Origin: a bacterium
GTDB lineage: Bacteria > Zhuqueibacterota > Zhuqueibacteria > Oceanimicrobiales > Oceanimicrobiaceae
Length of the DNA stretch: 35,761 nt
Direction of reading: 5' to 3'
Assembly (NCBI GenBank): GCA_046757165.1
Contig: JBHHXT010000031.1
Coordinates: forward strand, 1 to 35,761
Shown: piece by piece, positions 13,302 through 21,200 of the stretch
Numbering within the stretch: position 1 is the first letter of the stretch
Layout: every line of letters starts with the position of its first letter
The notes under the pieces: generated by a model
What the model was told of the DNA's origin: nothing
Databases searched by the model: none
Seen by the model: the letters and a program-made list of their open reading frames with translations, nothing else
Program-made: the position numbers and the translations under genes

Positions 13302-13356
13302 TCCCTCTAACTATACTGACAAGCACACACTACTTATTCGGAAAAAACTAGAAAAG

Positions 13357-13953
13357 CTATTTCTTTTTCATCAGATATTTCAGTTGGGTTTGAAGCTTCA
13401 GGCGTCCACGGTTCACTCGGGACTTGACCGTCCCTATCGGAACTTTGATGATCTTACTAATCTCCTCATAGGAGAGTTCCTGCACATCCCTGAGAATAAT
13501 CACCTCCCTGAATTTCGGCGATAAGTTATTGATTTCACGTTGAATTATCTCTTCTTGAATAATGCCGTCTACCTGATCTTCAGGATTATGTCCTTCGTCA
13601 GAGATCTCATAATCGCGGTCCTCGAACCCCATATCGGTGACAGAGAATAATTTCCGTCTCTTGCGCCGGCGCAACTCCGTCCGCGACAAATTGCCGGCAA
13701 TCGTGTAGATCCAAGTCGAGAACTTCGCAATTCTCTTGTAGGCTTTTCGCTTGCGGTAAACTCGAAGGAATGTCTCTTGAACGATATCCTCCGCTTCCTC
13801 CTGATTGCCGACGAACCTGTAAACGAAATTCAAAAGCTGCTCTTTGTATCTCTTGACAATCAAGTCAAACGCATAGACATCGCCCTTCTGGAAACGTTCA
13901 ATCAATTCTTCATCGGAGGGGCGATTGTCAGTACGCTGATGGGATTGTGACAT
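13357..13953 (-). CDS. ECF RNA polymerase sigma factor (RpoE/SigW-like)
   Basis: SDEELIERFQKGD, AEDIVQETF, FSTWIYTIA, LSYEEIS, IGTVKSRVNRGR. Start placed at ATG 13953 because an ECF promoter overlaps ATG 13983. Confidence 0.93.
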   Translation of the reverse strand: MSQSHQRTDNRPSDEELIERFQKGDVYAFDLIVKRYKEQLLNFVYRFVGNQEEAEDIVQETFLRVYRKRKAYKRIAKFSTWIYTIAGNLSRTELRRRKRRKLFSVTDMGFEDRDYEISDEGHNPEDQVDGIIQEEIIQREINNLSPKFREVIILRDVQELSYEEISKIIKVPIGTVKSRVNRGRLKLQTQLKYLMKKK

Positions 13954-13976
13954 ATCGTTGCTATTTCCGAGGTCTT

Positions 13977-14002
13977 CAACCATGCTTAGTTCAAAAAGTT
14001 CC
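13977..14002 (-). promoter_or_regulatory. Putative autoregulatory ECF promoter
   Basis: GGAAC (14002-13998, within GGAACTT), 17 nt, GTTG (13980-13977). Confidence 0.55.
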
Positions 14003-14176
14003 TGCCGCTTGATGCACGTTTAGAAGTCCGACCTGAAAATATTATTTTTGCCCTGCCCGCCTTCCACTGGCACCCTGCCCGCTGTGGGTTGACGGGAGCA
14101 GGTTTCGCAGGCATAGCCTTGCCCTCAGCCATTCATGCGAACGCGCTGGAGTCCAGATTTTCCGCGCAAGCTCTGG

Positions 14177-15169
14177 TTAGTGCAATATTCTGAGCAGCAT
14201 CGTTTGTAGAGCAATCTTCGGGGATTGCTGGCTTGTCTTTAGTTTCAGGTCGGTCGTCAGAAGATACTCAAAAATGTTTTCAAATTGCTCGAAAGAATAC
14301 TTTTGCGCCATTTCCTTCGACTTGCTGACAAAAAACGGAGGGATGCCGGTCATCGAGGCAATCTCACTTTGGCTTTTTCCTTGCTCAACACATCCTTTGA
14401 CCTTGAGCAGATTCACAAAATGCCGGGAAATCATGGCAAGAATGGCCGTGTGAGACTCACCGCTGTCCAACATCTTGTTCAAAATGAGCAGCGAGTTCCT
14501 GACGTCACGGTGGCCAATGGCATCGTTCAGGTTGAAGACACTAAACTTTCGTGACAGCCCGACCACCCGTTGCACGTCGGCCTCCTGGATCTTCTTCTCG
14601 CCATCCAAATTCAAGATTATCTTGTCCAGCTCGGTGACGATCGCTCTCAGGTTATTGCCGACATAGGCATGGATCAGCAGTGACGCGTCATAGGTGATTT
14701 CAAGCCCCTTTGCCTTCAGATAATCTCGAATCCAGCCTGGTACGTGGTTGTCATACAGGGGCTTGAATTCCACAAAACAGGTGCGGGACTTGATCTGAGA
14801 AAAGGCTTTGTTCCGTGCATTGAACTTGTCGCTGATCAACACCAACCTGGTGGTTGCTGACGGCTTCTCGAGGTACTTGGCCAGGGCCTCCAGACTGGAG
14901 GGGGCAAGCTTGTGGAGGTCTTTCACCACAACCATGCGACACTCGGCCAACATCGGAAAGGCGTTGGCCGTCTCGATGATCGTGCCGGCGTTCACCTGGT
15001 CGGCAAAGAAGAGAGCATAGTTGAATTCCTTTGTCGAGGGATCCTTGATGACCGCCGCCGTGACGCGCTTCAGGCTATCCTCGATGAGATAATCCTCGGC
15101 GCCGCTGAAAAAATAAGCGTTGTGCAACGGCCCCTTCCGCAGATGTTGTAAGAACGCAGCGTAGTTCAT
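14177..15169 (-). CDS. holA: DNA polymerase III subunit delta
   Basis: YFFSGAEDYL, AFPMLAECRMVVVKD, ELDKI, FSVFNLNDAI, TDLKLKTS; 330 aa. Confidence 0.92.
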   Translation of the reverse strand: MNYAAFLQHLRKGPLHNAYFFSGAEDYLIEDSLKRVTAAVIKDPSTKEFNYALFFADQVNAGTIIETANAFPMLAECRMVVVKDLHKLAPSSLEALAKYLEKPSATTRLVLISDKFNARNKAFSQIKSRTCFVEFKPLYDNHVPGWIRDYLKAKGLEITYDASLLIHAYVGNNLRAIVTELDKIILNLDGEKKIQEADVQRVVGLSRKFSVFNLNDAIGHRDVRNSLLILNKMLDSGESHTAILAMISRHFVNLLKVKGCVEQGKSQSEIASMTGIPPFFVSKSKEMAQKYSFEQFENIFEYLLTTDLKLKTSQQSPKIALQTMLLRILH

Positions 15170-15170
15170 C

Positions 15171-15278
15171 CTATCGCTTCTGTGACTCCTTCTTCATAGC
15201 CGTTCGCAGGGCAAAAACGAAGCCCCCCCAGATCAGGCCGAGCATGAGGCACATCATGATAATCGCTGACAGAGACAT
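15171..15278 (-). CDS. MetS-family small subunit of an NSS transporter (35 aa, not in the ORF track)
   Basis: Translates to MSLSAIIMMCLMLGLIWGGFVFALRTAMKKESQKR; SAIIMM..IWGG signature; GGAG RBS 7 nt upstream; downstream of the NSS transporter gene. Confidence 0.88.
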   Translation of the reverse strand: MSLSAIIMMCLMLGLIWGGFVFALRTAMKKESQKR

Positions 15279-15357
15279 GTTTCTACTCCAATTCTGTTTT
15301 GCAGAACCTCAGAAATAGGCCTCAGCCTATTTTCCTCGTAGACTTCACTGCGAAGAA

Positions 15358-15469
15358 AGTCAGTTAGCGCTTCGCGCCGTCATTTGCCTTGCGGGCGTCA
15401 TTGAGCAACCACTGACCCATGACGCCCGCAGGGCAAATGACAACAAAGGACGAGCGAAGCTCAAATGAC
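15358..15469. repeat. Palindromic dispersed repeat (REP/MITE-like) built from AATGAC units and GNA mini-hairpins
   Basis: 23-bp inverted repeat 15379-15401/15419-15441 with one mismatch; right arm recurs at 1-48. Confidence 0.85.
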
Positions 15470-15505
15470 AAAGCAACAAATTGTCGCTGGCGCGGCGCCG
15501 AGCAC

Positions 15506-16996
15506 CTAATTCGATGCCTGCGCGTCGAGCGCCTTCTGCCGCACACTTTTCTCAAAAAGCTTGTTGTTCAAAAGAATAAATACGCCGATGGCCACCAGCC
15601 ACTGGAACAAGCACGTTCCCAGGCTGAACGTGCGGAAGGGATTCCACCACCCTTCGGGGTCGTAGGAGGCAACCGCCTGCCAGGACCACCAGCCGATCAA
15701 AGCCATGAACTCGATTGGGATGAGAACCAGAACGATGGCATTGAACCACCGGCCCGCAGCCAGGTCATTGCCCTCGGAGTTGATCAGTTGGGTACGCATC
15801 TTTTCCACGCCGTATTTGATGGCGGCAAAGGTGAAAAACATGCCGCTGATGATCAGACCTAATCCCCACACCCAATCCTGATTGTTCAGGAATTGCAAAC
15901 TGAGCGCCGAGGGCAGGCCGAGCAAGAATCCGAAGACGCTCACAAAGACGATCGCCAGACGCCGCTCGAGCCCGGCATCCATAAAAATTCTGGTCGCCAG
16001 CTCGATCATCGCGATCAAGGACGACAGGGCTGCGGAGGCCAGAGCAAGGAAGAAGATGATCAGCAGCCCGGAGCCCATCGGCATCTCGCCGAACAACTGA
16101 GGCACCCACATAAAGGTAATGCCGGTCGAGGCCGGTCCGGAATCGCTCACAATCTCCTGGGGGGACAATCCCAGTTGTGGCGCCAACGCAAAAACCGCTG
16201 GCAACACAACCAGGGCCGCCAGCAAAGACGCCGAGTTGTTGCCGAGACCGGCAATGAATGAATTCAGCACCACGTCTTCCTTCTGCCTCATGTAGACCGC
16301 ATAGGTCAGAATCAGGCCCCAGCCGGCACCCGTGGACCACGCCGATTGTGACAGCGCCTCGAGCCAGGTCTTGTAATGGAACAGCATCTCCAGCCTGGGC
16401 TCGAAAAGAAAATTCAACCCGGCCATCGCGCCCGGCAGCGTCAGCGCCCGAACCGCAGCAATGACCAGGAGAAAAAACAGCGTTGGAATCAGGATCTTGT
16501 TGGCCCGCTCGATGCCCTGCACGACACCCTCGTATATCACAACCGCGCCGACGGCCATGGAAAGCAGGTGGAACAGGACGGGCTCATAGCCCCCAGTAAA
16601 CCCATTCCAGAACGCCTGAGCATCGCTCAAACCGCTGTCAAAGAAGAGAGCGGCGACAAAATATTTCACGCACCACCCCATCACGACCGAGTAGTAAAAC
16701 ATGATCGCCATGGTGCAGAACCCGACAAATGCCCCCATCCAGGTGAATCGTTTACCGAGAAACTCACCAAAGGCGCCGATGGTCCCGTGCCGGGTCTTTT
16801 TCCCGATGGTAAATTCGATGATGAGAAGAGGAATGGACCACAAAAACAGGAAGATGAACCACGGGATGAGAAAGGAGCCGCCACCGTTCTGTGCCACGAT
16901 TCTCGGGAATCGCCAGATGTTCCCCGTTCCCACCGCCATGCCAAGCGCGGCCAAAATCAACGCCCACCGCGATGAGAAGAATTCGGCTTGCTTCAT
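15506..16996 (-). CDS. Sodium-dependent transporter, NSS/SNF family
   Basis: GMAVGTGNIWRFP, GGGSFLIP, QSAWSTGAGWG, ALSSLIAMIE; many TM helices. Confidence 0.95.
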   Translation of the reverse strand: MKQAEFFSSRWALILAALGMAVGTGNIWRFPRIVAQNGGGSFLIPWFIFLFLWSIPLLIIEFTIGKKTRHGTIGAFGEFLGKRFTWMGAFVGFCTMAIMFYYSVVMGWCVKYFVAALFFDSGLSDAQAFWNGFTGGYEPVLFHLLSMAVGAVVIYEGVVQGIERANKILIPTLFFLLVIAAVRALTLPGAMAGLNFLFEPRLEMLFHYKTWLEALSQSAWSTGAGWGLILTYAVYMRQKEDVVLNSFIAGLGNNSASLLAALVVLPAVFALAPQLGLSPQEIVSDSGPASTGITFMWVPQLFGEMPMGSGLLIIFFLALASAALSSLIAMIELATRIFMDAGLERRLAIVFVSVFGFLLGLPSALSLQFLNNQDWVWGLGLIISGMFFTFAAIKYGVEKMRTQLINSEGNDLAAGRWFNAIVLVLIPIEFMALIGWWSWQAVASYDPEGWWNPFRTFSLGTCLFQWLVAIGVFILLNNKLFEKSVRQKALDAQASN

Positions 16997-17021
16997 GTTC
17001 CTCCCTCTGTACTTGTCTGAA

Positions 17022-17852
17022 TTACGTCATACAGTTCAACGTCAGTCCCAGGATTCCAACAGCCAAGCAATAATACCCGAAACGGTCAAACCGACCTTTT
17101 TGCAGCACCGCGACCAACCAGTGGATAGCCCACAAGCCGGAAACAAAAGCTGCAACGCATCCGACCGCATAGTCTATCAGATTGGCAAACGGCGGCGGGG
17201 CAAGAAGCAATTCATAGGACTTGATCAGCGTCACCCCAAGTATCAAAGGCACCGCCAGCAAAAACGAATACCGTGCGCTTTCTTGCGGGTGAATCCCTAG
17301 CGCCAAAGCCGTGCTGATGGTCGTACCAGAGCGCGAGACGCCCGGGAAAAAGGCGACAACCTGGGCCAGTCCCACCAGGAGTGATTTTGGAAAACTCAAC
17401 GGAAGCTGCTTTTCTTTTGCGAATCGGGTTGCGGCAAGGATCAATCCGGTAAATATCAAAGCGCCGCTCACGAAGGTCGTACTGGAGAAAGCGGTCTCAA
17501 AAAAGTCGCGGAACAAAAGGCCCAGAACTGCCGTCGGCACCGTTCCAACCACGATAAGCCAGAACAGTCGAACCCCCTGCGAGACCGTTCGGTCGGGCTC
17601 ACCCGCCTCCTCTGTCCGGCCTTTTTGCAGGAGATGCGCCTTGACGTCTACCAGGATTTGCCAAAGATCATTTCTGTAGACCGTGACGACGGCGATCAAC
17701 GTGCCAAAGTGAACAAATATCTCGAAGGTAATTCCATCCTCATGGATGCCCAAAATCGATTTTGCCAGTACCAGGTGCCCTGAACTGCTAATCGGCAAGA
17801 ATTCTGTTAAACCCTGAACGATCCCCAGTAGAACCGCTTCAACGACCGACAA
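17022..17852 (-). CDS. uppP: Undecaprenyl-diphosphate phosphatase (BacA)
   Basis: GIVQGLTEFLPISSSGHL, HFGT, PGVSRSGTTI, RYSFLLAVP; TTG start with AGGAG RBS. Confidence 0.95.
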   Translation of the reverse strand: MSVVEAVLLGIVQGLTEFLPISSSGHLVLAKSILGIHEDGITFEIFVHFGTLIAVVTVYRNDLWQILVDVKAHLLQKGRTEEAGEPDRTVSQGVRLFWLIVVGTVPTAVLGLLFRDFFETAFSSTTFVSGALIFTGLILAATRFAKEKQLPLSFPKSLLVGLAQVVAFFPGVSRSGTTISTALALGIHPQESARYSFLLAVPLILGVTLIKSYELLLAPPPFANLIDYAVGCVAAFVSGLWAIHWLVAVLQKGRFDRFGYYCLAVGILGLTLNCMT

Positions 17853-18008
17853 ATAACACTCCTGTCCATGACTAAAACGGTGATGTCTCGCTTCCGGCTG
17901 CGATTTTCATTCTTTTGCTCTGACCATGAAAAACATGAGACGTAGGTAGCCCGACGATCAGAATGAAGAAGCTACTTTCCAGGCTTGCGCGCTGAAAAAG
18001 TCGCGATC

Positions 18009-18037
18009 AATATAACCCATTTCCTCTAATATTGCAA
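18009..18037 (-). promoter_or_regulatory. Sigma70-type promoter upstream of uppP
   Basis: TTGCAA (18037-18032), 17 nt, TATATT (18014-18009). Confidence 0.55.
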
Positions 18038-18074
18038 GTGAAAATTAGAAGACGGATCTTGCTCGCATGTCAAT

Positions 18075-18104
18075 AAAAAGGGCTTCGATTGAATGTCAAA
18101 GCCC
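18075..18104 (-). terminator. Intrinsic terminator downstream of the beta-barrel gene
   Basis: Minus-strand stem GGGCUUUGA/UCGAAGCCC (one G-U pair) followed by UUUUUAUU. Confidence 0.65.
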
Positions 18105-18178
18105 GGTGGAAACCACAGGAATTCATTCTTGCGAGGCCACAGGCCGGGGTGACGAAAGAGGTGTCGTTCTCCGGCAGC

Positions 18179-18670
18179 TTAGTGGCCCACCAGCACCGTG
18201 ATGCCTGCCATGAACTTGATCTGGTCGAGCTCGGATGAATAGATGAGCTGGCCGGTCACGATCAAATTGTTTCGCCAGGAAAAATCAGCCCCGCCGGTCA
18301 AGTTCAGAGACAGCTCATTGTCCCCGCGGCCGCGCGGCCGGTTGGTTATCATGAGCGCCAGCCCACCGCCGGCAAAGAAATCGACCGTGCTCTTCGAGGG
18401 AAAGTAATACCGAAGATTGCCGTTGAGACTCAGGATGTCGGTTTTGTTCTTGCTGAAATAATCAATACTGGGGAAGAGGACGAGATTCTTGTGAATTTCC
18501 CCGAGATCGACATGCCCGCCAAATACGATGGCCCCATCGAGGCCGTCTGCATCTACAAAGCCAAGCCGACCGCCAATCCCGTGAAAGCCCAGATTCTGAG
18601 CAAACGCAGCGGGAGCTATCACTGCCGCAATCAAACTGGTAATGGCAAGTGCAGTTGACCAACGTCTCAT
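18179..18670 (-). CDS. Outer-membrane beta-barrel protein (OmpA/OMP_b-brl-like)
   Basis: Signal peptide ending AFA; alternating beta strands (LNGNLRYYF, FFAGGGL, LNLTGGADF); strong AGGAG RBS. Confidence 0.8.
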   Translation of the reverse strand: MRRWSTALAITSLIAAVIAPAAFAQNLGFHGIGGRLGFVDADGLDGAIVFGGHVDLGEIHKNLVLFPSIDYFSKNKTDILSLNGNLRYYFPSKSTVDFFAGGGLALMITNRPRGRGDNELSLNLTGGADFSWRNNLIVTGQLIYSSELDQIKFMAGITVLVGH

Positions 18671-18799
18671 TTATTCTCCATCCTCTCCTTAAGAGGCTGT
18701 GCAAGACTAAAATGGTGTTTCACCGTGACCATCCCCCCTTGCCCCGACTCATGTACTATAGAATCAAGGAATCGGGGCTTATGGGGTATCCCGAAGAAG

Positions 18800-18823
18800 C
18801 GACCCACAAGGGGTCGGGGCTAC
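18800..18823 (-). repeat. GTAG-type REP-like palindrome
   Basis: Minus strand GTAGCCCCGACCCCTTGTGGGTCG: GTAG tetranucleotide followed by a CGACCC/GGGTCG hairpin. Confidence 0.45.
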
Positions 18824-18936
18824 AATTCGAGGTTACTATTGTAAGTCTTAAGCCGGACGAGCCGGAACCAAACAGGTTTTTTGAAAAGTTTAGAAAAAAA
18901 TTGTCGCTGTAACTTACATAATAGCGTCATCAGCAG

Positions 18937-18987
18937 CCCTGAGTTCTAAAGTCTTGCCAAAAAACGTCAAGACTTTAGAACTCAGGG
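18937..18987. repeat. Perfect 20-bp inverted repeat
   Basis: CCCTGAGTTCTAAAGTCTTG (18937-18956), 11-nt loop, CAAGACTTTAGAACTCAGGG (18968-18987). Confidence 0.9.
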
Positions 18988-19034
18988 ATTAATGGTCAAA
19001 TAATAATGCACATCATCTTAGACAAAAGGTTTTC

Positions 19035-19349
19035 TTATCGACTCGAAATCTTCTGGATTTCCTTCGCAAGGCTGTCAATTTTCTGATTTAGTTTTTTGAA
19101 CTCTTCCTCATATGTGGGCTTGAATCTCGTCAGGGCCTGGTCAACCCGGCTGTCTATCGCTTTTTTAAGAAATTCGAGCTCCTCATCTGCCTTTTGCATC
19201 AAGGTTTTGACAAATGTCGGGCCCTCGTCTTTCGACAACTCCCCCTTCTCCACCAGGTCATTCATAATCTCCTGGGCCTTTTCTTTGGTTAGAGAATAGA
19301 TGCCAAGACCGGCGAGCACGGTTTTCTTCAGTATGCCTGAGCTATCCAT
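19035..19349 (-). CDS. Phasin-family-like (PHA granule-associated) protein
   Basis: LKKTVLAGLGIYSLTKEKAQEIMNDLVEKGELSKDEG motif and C-terminal coiled coil; start probably ATG 19349. Confidence 0.75.
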   Translation of the reverse strand: MDSSGILKKTVLAGLGIYSLTKEKAQEIMNDLVEKGELSKDEGPTFVKTLMQKADEELEFLKKAIDSRVDQALTRFKPTYEEEFKKLNQKIDSLAKEIQKISSR

Positions 19350-19360
19350 TTGGGTTACCC

Positions 19361-21187
19361 TCAATTTTGATGCTTAATAATTCGGCCATTGATGAATTGC
19401 AAGATGTTTACTGCCTGATTTACACGGTTGTTGCCAAGAAAAGAGACGTTCCCTTTCGTTCCGGTGTAGTTGTCCAGCTCGTTTAATTTGGTCTTTATTT
19501 CAAGGCCTGTGCGTGCCCCGGTCTGCACGGTTTGCCGGATAATTTGGTACGCATCGTAGCCAAAGACCTCCCATCTCTCCGGCGTCCGTTTCATTTTGAG
19601 CCGGAAATCGGTGCGAAAGCGGCGAAAATCCATGTTGCTTTCATCCGGAAAGTAATCGCTCACGAAAATGGCGCCGTTGATGTAGCGTTCGACTTGCGGG
19701 TCTTTCAGCACATCGATATCGTCCAGATATTCGCCGCCGAGGATCTGACTGCGGATGTTGTTCAAGGCGAGCTGCGGCGCCACGTATTTGAGATCCTCGG
19801 AGTAGACAGGAACAAAGAATCCATCAATGGAAAGCACAGGGATATCGTCTTCATCCAACCTGTCGCCTTGTTCCTCTGCTTCCCGGATCAACTCTATGAC
19901 GTCCGTGGAGTCATGATGAAAGGCGGACTCGCGGATATTCTTGAACTGCCGGCTCAAGTCTTCCGGGGTTCCGTAGTACCAGCCCTGGGCAATGATGCGG
20001 CCGCCGAGCCGATCGACGGTGGAGGTAAAACTATCCACCATTTGCTGACCATACTCATCGGCCGGCGCCAGGGTGGCAAACGTTGCCATGCCCAGCTCCT
20101 TGACGGCATATTCTGCAATCGCACGCCCTTTGCGCTCCAGGTCGCTATTCAACTGGAAGATAGACATACCGACAGAGGCGACGCCGTTTTCGGAGGCAGC
20201 GGGGGCCAGCAGCGGCACCTCGTCTACCGCAGCCAATGCCCCAATTCCAGCCGTGACCGAGCTTTCCAGCTCGCCGATGAGCACGCGCACATGCTCTCGG
20301 TGAATCAGGGTGTTCACATGATGCAAGGCTTTGATCAGACTGCTTTCCGAATCTCGAATGACGAGCTGAATTGGGCTCTGAGAGCCGTTGGTCGCGTGGC
20401 TGTGGGCAAATCTGACCCCTCGCAAGACTCCCAGGCCCTCCTCGCTGTAATAGCCTGAGAGGGGCAAAATCACTCCGACCTTGACCGGCCGGTTGACCAT
20501 GCTTTTTGCCTCCGTCAGCAGTTGATCGATCTGAGCGGTATGGGCGCTGGCGCCATGCCGTCTCTTGTATCTGTTCAGGAGTGAAACCGCATCGTCTGTA
20601 GCGCCATTCAAGATCTGTTGCCGTGCCAGCGCGCTCGTTACCAGCGCAGACGAGCCGTCACCTTTGGCATAGCGCAAGAGCCGGCGCAGTTCTGAGCTGG
20701 ACAAGTCAGCTCGCATGATTTGATTGGCCAGCTTTCGCCCTTTGATAGCTAACCTGCGCTCCGAGCTTTTGTCCACCAGCCAGAGCAAATCCTTGACAGC
20801 ATCGTTGCGGCGATTGAGTCTGTAGTTGGCGCTCGCTCTGGCATAATAGGCATCATCAAGGTATTTGCTTTGTGGGAAGGTGCTGATGAGCCTGTCGTAG
20901 TAAGGCAACGCCTCGGCATACCGGCCCAGGTGGTACAAGCTCTTGCCGGTCATCAGCAAAGTCGCGGTCATGCGATGATGCAAGGTTTCGCTGTTGGCCA
21001 GGGATTTGAAGCCGGCAAGCGCTGCACGGTAATCCTTGCCGACGTAGCGGGTCAGCGCACTCTTGAACGCTTTCTCGCTTTTCGCCGCCACCCTGACCGT
21101 CCCCCCCTGCGCGCGCACATCCTGGTGCGTAAAAAGAGATGAAAGCAGAAAAACAAAAACGTAAAGGCCCGTGTAAACTTTTTTCAT
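19361..21187 (-). CDS. Periplasmic TPR plus type I periplasmic-binding-fold protein (LpoA/LppC-like)
   Basis: Signal peptide; TPR helices (FPQSKYLDDAYY); VGVILPLSG, IGELESS, FGYDAY, GTKGNVSF. Confidence 0.75.
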   Translation of the reverse strand: MKKVYTGLYVFVFLLSSLFTHQDVRAQGGTVRVAAKSEKAFKSALTRYVGKDYRAALAGFKSLANSETLHHRMTATLLMTGKSLYHLGRYAEALPYYDRLISTFPQSKYLDDAYYARASANYRLNRRNDAVKDLLWLVDKSSERRLAIKGRKLANQIMRADLSSSELRRLLRYAKGDGSSALVTSALARQQILNGATDDAVSLLNRYKRRHGASAHTAQIDQLLTEAKSMVNRPVKVGVILPLSGYYSEEGLGVLRGVRFAHSHATNGSQSPIQLVIRDSESSLIKALHHVNTLIHREHVRVLIGELESSVTAGIGALAAVDEVPLLAPAASENGVASVGMSIFQLNSDLERKGRAIAEYAVKELGMATFATLAPADEYGQQMVDSFTSTVDRLGGRIIAQGWYYGTPEDLSRQFKNIRESAFHHDSTDVIELIREAEEQGDRLDEDDIPVLSIDGFFVPVYSEDLKYVAPQLALNNIRSQILGGEYLDDIDVLKDPQVERYINGAIFVSDYFPDESNMDFRRFRTDFRLKMKRTPERWEVFGYDAYQIIRQTVQTGARTGLEIKTKLNELDNYTGTKGNVSFLGNNRVNQAVNILQFINGRIIKHQN

Positions 21188-21200
21188 AAGTTGACACCCC

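Noticed and set aside
14050..14082. Direct repeat CCCTGCCCGC (twice) upstream of the ECF gene
   Set aside because: Short and GC-rich with only two copies; cannot be distinguished from chance.
15300..15505. CRISPR array or riboswitch
   Set aside because: Units are inverted and irregular with no unique spacers of constant length, no cas genes are present, and no riboswitch consensus was recognised.
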